From positions 1 through 64,000 of IMG/VR virus record IMGVR_UViG_3300006919_000045: 64,000 nt of DNA. One strand, given 5' to 3'. Position 1 is the first letter of the stretch. Each line of letters opens with the position of its first letter. The notes below the pieces were generated by a model. It did not search any database and was not told where the DNA came from. It was given only the letters and a program-made list of their open reading frames with translations. The position numbers and the translations under genes are program-made. The stretch comes from a virus. This document shows positions 54,947 through 63,641 of this stretch, piece by piece.

Positions 54947-55125
54947 ATATGACGTACAAATGGAGGGCATTTCGCAAGTATAGGAATATAGAAAGTGTAG
55001 GTAGTGCTATCCCGAGTATCATGATAATTTTTATACACGCAAACTCCAGTGGAGACAACTGAATTTCGATGGTTGTAGATTCCCGTTGCTCCTTCGAGAA
55101 CGAGGTAAAGCCAAAGAACTTCCAA
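54931..55125 (-). CDS. Hypothetical protein
   Basis: Last ORF of the leftward operon; frame choice uncertain. Confidence 0.4.
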   Translation of the reverse strand: MEVLWLYLVLEGATGIYNHRNSVVSTGVCVYKNYHDTRDSTTYTFYIPILAKCPPFVRHIKKGP

Positions 55126-55132
55126 AGGTCTC

Positions 55133-55516
55133 TCACTGGTTTAGAATACTCTCTAAATCTGGGGCGAAAAAGCCCGGGCCTTTCATTACTTTACCGTTGT
55201 CTGCTTTGATTGGTGTTCCATCATCTCCTAACTTACTCATATTAGAAGCATGTACCTCAGTAAAACACTCATCAAGGTCAATACCAAATGTATGACCAGC
55301 ACCGTATACAACATAGAGTATGTCGGTGAGAGCATCGGCGATTTCGACCATATCTTTATTTGCAATCGCTTCAACCAATTCATCTACTTCTTCTTGAATT
55401 AAATCTACTCGTAGTTCACGAGTACTAAAGTCGGGCCAGGTTGGTTGAGTCTCGACCGATTGACCGAAAGCCTGCATGAAATCTCCCACAAGTTCAAAAT
55501 TTGTTCCTTCTATCAT
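55133..55516 (-). CDS. MazG-like/PRA-PH nucleoside triphosphate pyrophosphohydrolase
   Basis: LIQEEVDEL...EIADALTDILYV...EVHASNMSK...GKVMKGP. Confidence 0.9.
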   Translation of the reverse strand: MIEGTNFELVGDFMQAFGQSVETQPTWPDFSTRELRVDLIQEEVDELVEAIANKDMVEIADALTDILYVVYGAGHTFGIDLDECFTEVHASNMSKLGDDGTPIKADNGKVMKGPGFFAPDLESILNQ

Positions 55517-55694
55517 TATCTTTTCTCTTTCGTTTAAATCTTGCGACTGCAGCCTGTTTAGCCAGTCGTCGTTTTTCGCTTCTTGGTACATGATACTCCT
55601 TTTGTTTATAATCCCATAGTGTTTCTGAACATTTTTTCTTGAAAACTCGTAGAGCAGCGTCTACATTGTTGTTACGTACTTTAACTTTTGGCAT
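55494..55694 (-). CDS. rpsU: Ribosomal protein bS21
   Basis: MPKVKVRNNNVDAALRVFKKKC...EY...SEKRR..KQAAV.R; AGGAG SD. Confidence 0.85.
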   Translation of the reverse strand: MPKVKVRNNNVDAALRVFKKKCSETLWDYKQKEYHVPRSEKRRLAKQAAVARFKRKRKDNDRRNKF

Positions 55695-55708
55695 GTATCT
55701 CCTTTTGC

Positions 55709-55879
55709 CTAAAAACTCCAACCTCTTTTACGTAGGTACGCTACTTGTTTGCGTATTGAGTTTTCTGTGCGATGAGGCAATACTTTTTCCTGTAGTTCAC
55801 CTACAGTCATTCCAGAGTAGTGCTCTTTCAACAGTACTCTCTCGCGTATCGACCATGGTCGCTTTGAATATTCTCTCAT
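55709..55879 (-). CDS. Myb/SANT-like HTH protein
   Basis: PWS..E..LL.EHY...LP.RT..SI; start revised, leaderless. Confidence 0.65.
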   Translation of the reverse strand: MREYSKRPWSIRERVLLKEHYSGMTVGELQEKVLPHRTENSIRKQVAYLRKRGWSF

Positions 55880-55886
55880 GACATAT

Positions 55887-55982
55887 ATTATATTCGAACT
55901 GAGCTTCAAAGTCAAGTGATATTTTTAAGAAGAGGTCCATAGAAAAATATTTCTTGACAACATTTTCAAAATCGAGTATAAT
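55887..55982. promoter_or_regulatory. Divergent promoter pair
   Basis: Minus TTGACT-17-TATAAT (55915-55887); plus TTGACA-17-TATAAT (55954-55982). Confidence 0.85.
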
Positions 55983-56020
55983 ATATCCAATAGAAAAATA
56001 AGCTGAAAAAGGAGAATCTC

Positions 56021-56170
56021 TTGGTCGCTACTTATCTTATATTTGGACTTTGTATGTGTGGATGTGCTGGACAAGCATACTTCCTAGGCAGACGTTTGGG
56101 AATTGAATCCACCGTAAATTATTTAGTAGAGGAAGGAATCTTACAGCTTGAAGAAGAAGGCAACGGGTGA
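56021..56170 (+). CDS. 49-aa membrane protein
   Basis: Hand-translated; AAGGAG SD, TTG start and an N-terminal TM segment. Confidence 0.6.
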   Translation: MVATYLIFGLCMCGCAGQAYFLGRRLGIESTVNYLVEEGILQLEEEGNG

Positions 56171-56259
56171 AGCCTTATAAAAGATCCCATTTTTAAAACC
56201 GGCGGCATCGAAAGAGCCCCAGCGTACCGAAAGGACGCAATTCATAAAAGGAGAACTTT

Positions 56260-56676
56260 ATGACTAAGCAATTAGCTATGGCTGACCTACATAAAATTTT
56301 ATTAGGTTTTGACCGTTTCATGGAACCAAATACATTCGCTCCAACCTTAGATGGCGGATACCCTCGATACAATGTGCTAAAAGTCGGAGACAACGGTTTC
56401 CGAGTAGAGTTAGCAGTTCCGGGCTGGAACAAAAATGACATTGAAATTGCTTTACACAAAGGCGTACTTACTGTTATTGGTAATGTAAAGCAAACCGAGG
56501 CGGAAAATGAATCCTATGTCTATAAGGGCCTAAGCGGTAAGTGTTTCACACGGACGTTCGGAGTAAGTGAGCACGTTAAAATTGATCGTGCTTATATGGA
56601 ACGTGGCCTGCTATGCATTGACTTGCATGAAGAAATTCCTAAGGAATTGCAACCAATTAAGGTTACTATTTCATAA
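56260..56676 (+). CDS. Small heat-shock protein Hsp20 (IbpA-like)
   Basis: GFDR...YPRYN...ELAVPG...GVLTV.G...FTRTF...GLLCIDL...P. Confidence 0.93.
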   Translation: MTKQLAMADLHKILLGFDRFMEPNTFAPTLDGGYPRYNVLKVGDNGFRVELAVPGWNKNDIEIALHKGVLTVIGNVKQTEAENESYVYKGLSGKCFTRTFGVSEHVKIDRAYMERGLLCIDLHEEIPKELQPIKVTIS

Positions 56677-56684
56677 GGAAAATT

Positions 56685-56777
56685 ATGTTTATATCACGAA
56701 CTGATTGTTGCGGCGAGTGTCTACTTTGTATGTGGACACTATCAATTATAACACTAGCGCTAGCACCACTCTTCTAA
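56685..56777 (+). CDS. 30-aa Cys-rich hydrophobic peptide
   Basis: Hand-translated with AAGGA SD; followed by hairpin 56783-56800. Confidence 0.45.
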   Translation: MFISRTDCCGECLLCMWTLSIITLALAPLF

Positions 56778-56819
56778 TCTTCGCGGGGTTTCGGCCCCGC
56801 ACTTACTTCAGGAAACACT

Positions 56820-57329
56820 ATGACACTTACAGGAACATATTACAATCCAGATACTCATCCGGATCAAAAGTATTTCTTAACTGAAAAATCAGAAGAAGAA
56901 CTAACCCAAATTCAGCCAGAGCTTGCAGAAGTAGTAAGACGAGCTGTGGCTATCTCAGACATTGAAATGCAAGTACTGCACGGTAGACGAAGTTTAAAAC
57001 AGCAAGATGAGTTTTTCAAAAAGGGTGCTACTGAAGGAATCACTTCTCCTCATCTATATGGATATGCTGTTGACCTAGTTGCAATAGTAGAGGGCCGTAT
57101 GTGTTTTGAAACAGAGGTATATGATGAAGTAGCAAACTGCATGAAGTATGCAGGACAAGATTTAAATACTCCCATACGGTGGGGAGGAGCTTGGCATTGC
57201 CCAAATCTATGTAACTTTACTGGACTTTTAGATGAACTACAAATGAGCTACATCGACATTTGTCGAGAGAGGGACGTTCGTCCCCGGTTAGATGTTAATC
57301 ACTTTGAGCTTACAATATCAACAGAATGA
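56820..57329 (+). CDS. M15-family L-Ala-D-Glu peptidase (T5-type endolysin)
   Basis: R...Q, SPHL.G.AVD, RWGGAW and D..HFEL zinc motifs. Confidence 0.85.
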   Translation: MTLTGTYYNPDTHPDQKYFLTEKSEEELTQIQPELAEVVRRAVAISDIEMQVLHGRRSLKQQDEFFKKGATEGITSPHLYGYAVDLVAIVEGRMCFETEVYDEVANCMKYAGQDLNTPIRWGGAWHCPNLCNFTGLLDELQMSYIDICRERDVRPRLDVNHFELTISTE

Positions 57330-57677
57330 ACTTTCCCACAGAACAAGTAATAGTTTCTTTAGTACTAGTGCTAGTTTTAGTATCTATGGTTACTTGTAGC
57401 CCTCAAGAAAGAAAGTGTGACGTTATTCATGAGAGTGCGTCTCCTCTTCAAAAATGCGAGGTATGGTAATGGAATTAATAGGAATATTGTGTATAATGAT
57501 GCTTCCAATGATAGCAGGAGGTTTTACTTTCGTAGTATCACAAAAAGCTGTAGAGGGTAAGTTTTGACACAGCAGGACACAGTATTTATATTATTTTTTA
57601 TGCTGGCAACTTTAAGTATAGTAGTAGGAATGTGGTACGGAGATAAAACGGATGAATCATCTAAAAGAAACAGGTAA
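57326..57677 (+). CDS. Three coupled small TM peptides (57326-57469, 57469-57567, 57564-57677)
   Basis: Hand-translated; start/stop overlaps; one hydrophobic helix each. Confidence 0.6.
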
Positions 57678-57825
57678 AGGATACTTTGAACATTTGTCAG
57701 GCGCCTGGAAATTAGCATTTGTATTGCTAGTACACGGGCTTCTACCAAATGTATGGAGAAACAAAGTCAGCGACGAACTGCACAAAGATCAAAAGAAGCT
57801 GCATGGAGTACGAGTCGTTGACTAA
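57652..57825 (+). CDS. DUF6356-like small protein
   Basis: HL.E....YFEH...A....LVH.LLP. Confidence 0.6.
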   Translation: MNHLKETGKGYFEHLSGAWKLAFVLLVHGLLPNVWRNKVSDELHKDQKKLHGVRVVD

Positions 57826-58390
57826 TTATTTTGCAAAGTCGATGACAAAGTTTTTTCGTTTCTTTGCAGATACATTCTTTGCAAAGAGATACGGACACCG
57901 AGCAGTCGTACTTGAAACAGTTGCAGGAGTCCCAGGTATGGTCGCAGGAATGCTTGTACACCTCAAGAGCTTGAGAACACACAAGCGAGGCTATGGCCCC
58001 ATCATACGAAAATTACTTGCAGAAGCAGAAAATGAACGTATGCATCTTATGTTTTTTATCGAAATTGCACAGCCAAATAAGCTGGAGCGGGGTCTCATAA
58101 TTACCGCACAATTTATATTCTGGCACTTTTATTTAGTACTGTACCTAATCTCTCCTCGTACTGCCCATATGATGACGCATTATTTTGAAGAGGAAGCAGT
58201 CAAAAGTTATACAGAATACTTAGATTTAATTTATAGAGAGGAGATAGAAGATGTTCCTGCTCCTCAGTTAGCAATCGAATACTATGGTATGGACGCAGAT
58301 GCACGACTTTCTACGATGGTAAAACACATTCGTGCTGATGAACAAAATCACAGCAAAGTAAACTTGGAGTATGCAAATGTACTCAGATAA
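57818..58390 (+). CDS. aox: Alternative oxidase (ubiquinol oxidase)
   Basis: LETVAGVPGM, EAENERMHL, FEEEAV.SY and RADE..H di-iron motifs; TTG start with GGAG SD. Confidence 0.95.
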   Translation: MTNYFAKSMTKFFRFFADTFFAKRYGHRAVVLETVAGVPGMVAGMLVHLKSLRTHKRGYGPIIRKLLAEAENERMHLMFFIEIAQPNKLERGLIITAQFIFWHFYLVLYLISPRTAHMMTHYFEEEAVKSYTEYLDLIYREEIEDVPAPQLAIEYYGMDADARLSTMVKHIRADEQNHSKVNLEYANVLR

Positions 58391-58778
58391 GGTATTGGAT
58401 CACTATGAAAATCCCAGAAATGTCGGAAAACTTAACGAGAATGATAAAGATGTCGGAACAGGCATGGTCGGGGCTCCAGCGTGTGGAGACGTCATGCGGC
58501 TTCAAATCCGAGTATCGCCCGACGGAATTATTGAAGATGCTAAATTCAAAACTTACGGATGCGGCAGTGCTATTGCTTCTTCATCATTACTCACAGAATG
58601 GGTTCGAGGAAAGTCCCTTGACGAAGCGGGAAAAATCAGCAATGTCCAAATTGCTCAAGACTTATCGCTCCCGCCTGTAAAGATACACTGTAGTGTACTT
58701 GCGGAAGATGCTATCAAAGCAGCCATCACGGATTATAGGACTAAACATGAAAGGAACTACCATGAAAAACAGAACTAA
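58371..58778 (+). CDS. iscU: Fe-S cluster scaffold IscU
   Basis: YSDKVLDHYENPRNVG, APACGD, GCGSAIASSS and LPPVKIHCS. Confidence 0.96.
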   Translation: MQMYSDKVLDHYENPRNVGKLNENDKDVGTGMVGAPACGDVMRLQIRVSPDGIIEDAKFKTYGCGSAIASSSLLTEWVRGKSLDEAGKISNVQIAQDLSLPPVKIHCSVLAEDAIKAAITDYRTKHERNYHEKQN

Positions 58779-59487
58779 ACTCAGCGCTCTTGCACTGTCC
58801 ACCGCTCTCGCCTGTGCGTTCGTACCGACCGCTCATGCAGGGGAATGGTCCGCAAATGCTTCGATGACCAGTAATTACATCTGGCGAGGGCTTACCCAGA
58901 CAGAGAATGAGGCGGCTGTGCAGGGCGGAATTGATTATGCCTCGGACAGCGGCTTTTATATTGGCACCTGGGCTTCCAATGTGAACTATGGCCCCTCCGA
59001 TGTTTACTCTTACGAGCACGACGTATACGCAGGGTTTGCTTTTGATACCGGCGCGGTTAACTGGGACGTTGGTTACCTCTATTACAACTACGACAAAGAA
59101 GCTAACTTTGACTTTGGCGAGGTTTATGTGGGCGCGGGTATTGGTGATTTCAGTGCAAAGCTTAACGTGCTGGCCAATACTGAAGCAGACGAGGCTGAGG
59201 GACAGGATTTTGGGTTCGGCGAGGCGTATTACCTCTCACTGGACTATGGTTTTGAAGTCGGCGACGGTGTGGGTATTGGCCTGCACGTAGGACATCACGA
59301 TGGTGATTTTGCTGAAGCTTTTAACGGTAACGCCGAAGGTTATTACGATTATAACGTAACGGTCTCAAAGGGCGGCTTTACTTTTATGATTTCGGATACT
59401 GATGTAAAAGGTGGAGCTGCAGAGGGTGGATACGATAACGATCAGATCAAATTTGTCGTCTCATACGCTGTTGATATCGCGCTCTAA
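58762..59487 (+). CDS. TorF-family putative outer-membrane porin
   Basis: Signal peptide; SNYIWRG.TQT...AVQGGIDY...GFYIGTWASNV. Confidence 0.88.
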   Translation: MKNRTKLSALALSTALACAFVPTAHAGEWSANASMTSNYIWRGLTQTENEAAVQGGIDYASDSGFYIGTWASNVNYGPSDVYSYEHDVYAGFAFDTGAVNWDVGYLYYNYDKEANFDFGEVYVGAGIGDFSAKLNVLANTEADEAEGQDFGFGEAYYLSLDYGFEVGDGVGIGLHVGHHDGDFAEAFNGNAEGYYDYNVTVSKGGFTFMISDTDVKGGAAEGGYDNDQIKFVVSYAVDIAL

Positions 59488-59490
59488 GTC

Positions 59491-59844
59491 ATGAATGAGT
59501 ATTATATCGAGCCTTATGATTCAATGCTACAAGTAACTCATAATGCCGCAAATTGGATGCACGAACAACTTTCTAAAAGAGGAAAGGGTAGAGGTATACG
59601 ATTAGGAGTTGCACCTGCGGGATGTACGGGATATAAATATATAGTCGAATTTGTAGATCAAGAGAACGAAGAAGATTATATAGTACAAAAGAAAGGATTA
59701 CTTTTCTTTATAGATCCTAAAAGCAGGCCCGTACTACAAGGTTCTGTAGTAGAGTTTAAAACTGAAGGTATGAACTCTGGAATAGAGATTATAAATCCCA
59801 ATACACAAGATAAGTGTGGATGTGGTGAGAGCTTTAATATATAA
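59491..59844 (+). CDS. iscA: Fe-S carrier IscA/HesB
   Basis: IRLGV..GCTGY.Y...NPN...CGCGESF. Confidence 0.92.
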   Translation: MNEYYIEPYDSMLQVTHNAANWMHEQLSKRGKGRGIRLGVAPAGCTGYKYIVEFVDQENEEDYIVQKKGLLFFIDPKSRPVLQGSVVEFKTEGMNSGIEIINPNTQDKCGCGESFNI

Positions 59845-59859
59845 GGCTAGGAAGATAGA

Positions 59860-60303
59860 ATGAACCGTGAAAGATTATATGAGGAAATTAAAGCAGATGA
59901 AGGCGAAGTTCTCGAGGTCTATCTTGACCACTTGGGGTATCCTACTATCGGTATTGGACACTTGGTCACAGAAGAAGATGAAGAGTCTGGAAAACCTGCC
60001 GGGACAGCCATTACGGCTGAGAGAAGCAGAGAGCTCTTCGATCGAGACATTCAGTGTGCCATTGAGGACTGCGAAAGACTTTACGGGCAGTGGCACAATT
60101 GGCCGGAAGAGGTTCAATTAGTTTTAGTAAATATGGCGTTCAATTTGGGCGCTACTCGTCTGTCGAAGTTTAAAAATATGCAGAATATGCTATCTCAAGG
60201 AAAGTGGAAAGAGGCTGCGGCAGAGGGCCGCGACTCTTTATGGTACCGACAAGTTACAAATCGAGCAGAAAGATTAATGACACGACTTGAAAATATCTCT
60301 TGA
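59860..60303 (+). CDS. T4-type (GH24) lysozyme
   Basis: DEG....YLD.LGYPTIGIGHL, NMAFNLG and DSLWYRQV..RA. Confidence 0.92.
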   Translation: MNRERLYEEIKADEGEVLEVYLDHLGYPTIGIGHLVTEEDEESGKPAGTAITAERSRELFDRDIQCAIEDCERLYGQWHNWPEEVQLVLVNMAFNLGATRLSKFKNMQNMLSQGKWKEAAAEGRDSLWYRQVTNRAERLMTRLENIS

Positions 60304-60328
60304 CTTTTATTACTAGTTAGTGTATAAT
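60300..60328 (+). promoter_or_regulatory. Early promoter
   Basis: TTGACT-17-TATAAT. Confidence 0.85.
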
Positions 60329-60348
60329 ATATGCTAACTGGAGGTAGT

Positions 60349-60945
60349 ATGAATCTTTTTTATCTTGATGAAGATTTAGATGCGTGTGCAGAAGCTCACG
60401 TCGACAAACATATTGTAAAAATGCCGTTGGAAGTAGCCCAGATATGCTGTACTGCTGTCTGGATCGACGTGCACTTGGGTTTTGTACCCCGGGCTTTGAA
60501 TAAATCAGAGTCCGACCATCTCAACTCCTTGAAGAAGGAGATTAAACACTTACCGCCTGAAAGCAGACCCCTCACTCCCTACTTGCCTATGATGTACAAT
60601 CATCCTTGTACTATATGGGCACGTAGTTCTTTGGATAATTATGAGTGGACGCACTGCTATGGCAATGCGTTAGGAGAGGAGTATCGTTATAGGTATGGGA
60701 AGCAGCACAAATCAGTCACAGTCATCAACGAACTACCCGATATTGTCAAAATGGAAAGAGTTGGATTTACCACTTTCGGATTGGCAATGCCAGACGTGCT
60801 CAAAGACTATGACAATCCTATACAGTCTTATCGTGACTACTATCATCTCGACAAGGCTACTTTTGCCAGCTGGACTGGGAGACCTGCCCCCTCATGGTGG
60901 GATGATTCTCTCGCAGATTACGAAACGAGGATTACAGCGAAATGA
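60349..60945 (+). CDS. Pyrimidine-dimer DNA glycosylase-like protein
   Basis: MNLFYLD...CA..H.DKHIVKM.LE, NHPCTIW and YRDYY motifs. Confidence 0.75.
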   Translation: MNLFYLDEDLDACAEAHVDKHIVKMPLEVAQICCTAVWIDVHLGFVPRALNKSESDHLNSLKKEIKHLPPESRPLTPYLPMMYNHPCTIWARSSLDNYEWTHCYGNALGEEYRYRYGKQHKSVTVINELPDIVKMERVGFTTFGLAMPDVLKDYDNPIQSYRDYYHLDKATFASWTGRPAPSWWDDSLADYETRITAK

Positions 60946-61229
60946 AAATATTTGATTTAGAACAAGAGATGCTGCAGTTTGCAAATGTCACCGAAGAAAT
61001 TGAGTTAGTAACCAAATACTTTTTAGAAGATTCTAAATGGGAAGATATGGCTCCTGAGTTAGCTGATGCTCTTATGAATAAGTATCTAGCTATTAAAGAC
61101 TTGTACGAAATCAAGTTTGAAAATATGTGGCATACCTTTGAAGACGTTTGTAAAGAGTATCATATTGCTCATAAATTGGCAGGGCTTGAGCGAGAAGAAG
61201 AGCTACAGGGATTGTTTGATGAAAAATAA
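60942..61229 (+). CDS. Hypothetical protein
   Basis: Coupled ORF. Confidence 0.65.
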   Translation: MKIFDLEQEMLQFANVTEEIELVTKYFLEDSKWEDMAPELADALMNKYLAIKDLYEIKFENMWHTFEDVCKEYHIAHKLAGLEREEELQGLFDEK

Positions 61230-61380
61230 AAAAAGTTATAACCATCTTAAACTCGTAGCTTCTCGCTCTGGCCTATCAAAAGTAGATGAGCAGTACTTAG
61301 AGTTAGAGAAGCAACAAGACGAGCTTGAAGAGCAAGCAAGGTTAATTGCTGAAATGTATGGAGAACCTGACGAAGAATGA
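61219..61380 (+). CDS. Hypothetical protein
   Basis: Start revised; coupled ORF. Confidence 0.55.
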   Translation: MKNKKSYNHLKLVASRSGLSKVDEQYLELEKQQDELEEQARLIAEMYGEPDEE

Positions 61381-61712
61381 AAAAACTAGGCTTTTGGGTG
61401 TATGACACCTATAATTTCTTTTTTAGTCTTAAAATGAACCCTTTAAGATTTATACCAAATGCGTTTACACAGTACATACTGATGTTTTATCTGTCAGTGA
61501 TGTGGACAGTTGTATTTACGCTTTGGACCGGATATAGTATTTATTTTGGTCTTGGAAGTGTCGGTGGACACTTGTTAGTAATTAGTGCATTTTTTATTAC
61601 TGCTCTTACATTTCAAGATGCAGAAAAGAATGGCCATTTATGGGTACAGAGAGCTAAGCCTGCCCCAGTAGAGAACAGGAGAGGTGTGTGGGACCTGGAA
61701 AAAGAGGGGTGA
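61377..61712 (+). CDS. Membrane protein
   Basis: NPLRFIP followed by two TM helices. Confidence 0.7.
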   Translation: MKKLGFWVYDTYNFFFSLKMNPLRFIPNAFTQYILMFYLSVMWTVVFTLWTGYSIYFGLGSVGGHLLVISAFFITALTFQDAEKNGHLWVQRAKPAPVENRRGVWDLEKEG

Positions 61713-61888
61713 GTACGTATGAGATTGTAGAAGTATTCTATGCTCAAAATGAAAGAGTATATAGAGTAATAGAAAAGAAAGCCGACGGACAAATACAAGA
61801 CGTAGCACGACTTACTAGTAGAGAAAAAGCTCAATACTACATAGATGTACGTCAACAACAAACAGCACCGGAGCATAATCAATGGTAG
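61709..61888 (+). CDS. Hypothetical protein
   Basis: GTGA overlap with the upstream ORF. Confidence 0.55.
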   Translation: MSTYEIVEVFYAQNERVYRVIEKKADGQIQDVARLTSREKAQYYIDVRQQQTAPEHNQW

Positions 61889-62256
61889 GCAAGTTTAAAA
61901 GTAAACTATTTAATGTATATCATCCTCCTCACTATAAAGCACACCCTAGTGGGGTGGAGTGTATTGAAATTACAGAACACATGAGTTTCTGTCTTGGAAA
62001 TGCGGTAAAGTATATCTGGAGAGCTGGAATAAAAACTCACGATCCTGTACATGATTTAAGCAAAGCAGTATGGTATCTAAATAGGGAGATAGCAAAAATT
62101 GAGAAGAATCAAGAAGAAAGAGTCAGAGAACTTGTCCGATACGAATATACGGAAAGTAATCGATCTTCTGAGTGGCAACAGTCCTATAACAAAAAAGGAA
62201 GCCTGTGGTATCCTGAATATAGCATACAATACAACCAGGCTTCAGAGAATAATTGA
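61882..62256 (+). CDS. DUF3310 (T7 gp1.7-like nucleotide kinase family) protein
   Basis: HPPHY...ECI....FCLGNAVKYIWRAG.K...DL.KA.WYL. Confidence 0.85.
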   Translation: MVGKFKSKLFNVYHPPHYKAHPSGVECIEITEHMSFCLGNAVKYIWRAGIKTHDPVHDLSKAVWYLNREIAKIEKNQEERVRELVRYEYTESNRSSEWQQSYNKKGSLWYPEYSIQYNQASENN

Positions 62257-62791
62257 TGAATTTGAAGAGACGCAGGCGTATCGTTCAAAAAGAAAAAGTC
62301 AAAACAAAGGAAAAGCAGCCACAAAAGATGAAGTGGCAGATGCGGTTACTCGATTTTTATCCGGCGACGCCATCTCAGAAATCGCAGTGGGGTTGTACAG
62401 ATCCTCAGGATTTGTCAAAGCCATCATCGAACGTACAGGAGTTCCCCAAAAAGGAGAAGGAAAGTACGACTACTTGCCAGACGAGTGCGTTGCAGAAGAT
62501 TTTGCTGATGGAGAGATAGTGTGGTCGGCCAAGTATCACGGCCCTGCTATAATTAAACAAGAATTGTCAATAGATTATCAGGCAGAGAAACCTGGAATCA
62601 AAGATGTAAACTACGAAAAGAAGTACGGCAGTAAATGCTATAACATCTGGGTAATTGAAAAAATTGACGATGATTACAGTGATCGCTGGACTACTACACA
62701 AGGCGGGGGGTTTACCGCAACACAGCTTGCATACGATTTGGGAAAGCTGACACACCTTCAAGAATACGGTGTAGATTTATCACGTATCTAA
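62099..62791 (+). CDS. D2: T5 D2-like protein
   Basis: PITKKEAC.ILNIAYNTTRL and GEIVWSAKY motifs; precedes D3. Confidence 0.75.
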   Translation: MRRIKKKESENLSDTNIRKVIDLLSGNSPITKKEACGILNIAYNTTRLQRIIDEFEETQAYRSKRKSQNKGKAATKDEVADAVTRFLSGDAISEIAVGLYRSSGFVKAIIERTGVPQKGEGKYDYLPDECVAEDFADGEIVWSAKYHGPAIIKQELSIDYQAEKPGIKDVNYEKKYGSKCYNIWVIEKIDDDYSDRWTTTQGGGFTATQLAYDLGKLTHLQEYGVDLSRI

Positions 62792-62800
62792 AAAAACTTC

Positions 62801-62829
62801 TTGACTTTCACTTCATATACAAGTATAAT
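62801..62829 (+). promoter_or_regulatory. Early promoter
   Basis: TTGACT-17-TATAAT. Confidence 0.85.
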
Positions 62830-62941
62830 ATGTATATTGAAGATGAGGGAACCAATGGGCGACCGATTTTATAAGCAACAACTAACGGCCACGGGAAACT
62901 GTCCCGGGGCTACCATTTCACAACGTAGAAGGAAACGAAGA

Positions 62942-63307
62942 ATGGCATGGGATGACGAAAAGAAAGCAGCAGTAATTGAGCAATACGAAGCTGCAAATCC
63001 AACTCCAGAGAACAGCATGGAGATCGTCGCGGAGCTTGCGGAAGAATTTGAAGAGTCACCAAACGGTGTTCGTATGATTCTTACTAAAGCAGGCGTGTAT
63101 GTAAAGAAAGCCCCCGCTTCTGGTGGAGCAAAAAGCACAGCCTCGAATGGTGGTAGTGGCGGGCGTGTATCAAAAGCTGCCGCCATTGAAAGTTTGTCTG
63201 CTGCAATCTCTGATGCAGGTCAAGAAGTTGACCAAGAGATTCTTGACAAGCTGACAGGCAAGGCCGCTGTATACTTTACAGGTGTTATTTCCGCAATCAA
63301 TAACTAA
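62942..63307 (+). CDS. D3: T5 D3-like DNA-binding protein (alternative start 62855)
   Basis: MAW...PTPENSMEIV...SPNGVRMIL.KAGVYVKK...KLTGKAA.YF. Confidence 0.8.
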   Translation: MAWDDEKKAAVIEQYEAANPTPENSMEIVAELAEEFEESPNGVRMILTKAGVYVKKAPASGGAKSTASNGGSGGRVSKAAAIESLSAAISDAGQEVDQEILDKLTGKAAVYFTGVISAINN

Positions 63308-63373
63308 TACCAATGCTCCTAAGTAGTACGGGACAGCAGAAGAGTCTGCCAACTCGCTTCACTAGGAGCATTT

Positions 63374-63640
63374 GTGAAAAAGGAAGAACTAGCACAGCTT
63401 GTCAACGAGTATGGCGATGCTGTAATTAGTTATCGTAGTGAAAACAGTGGTAAGTTGAAGTACAATGTTTGTACTCTTGACTTCACTACTCCTTACATTC
63501 AGAACAAGAAAAATCGGGCAAAAGAGTCTGACAGTACTCTTTTGCTTTTTTGTTGGGATACTGATTCTTACAGATTATTAAAACCTGCTAATGTAACGAG
63601 CGTAGTTCCATTGGCCTCCGTACTAAAAAACGGAGACTGA
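63374..63640 (+). CDS. Conserved T5-like SH3/WYL-type hypothetical protein
   Basis: CTLDF...YI...LFCWDTDSYR; T5 synteny. Confidence 0.7.
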   Translation: MKKEELAQLVNEYGDAVISYRSENSGKLKYNVCTLDFTTPYIQNKKNRAKESDSTLLLFCWDTDSYRLLKPANVTSVVPLASVLKNGD

Positions 63641-63641
63641 T

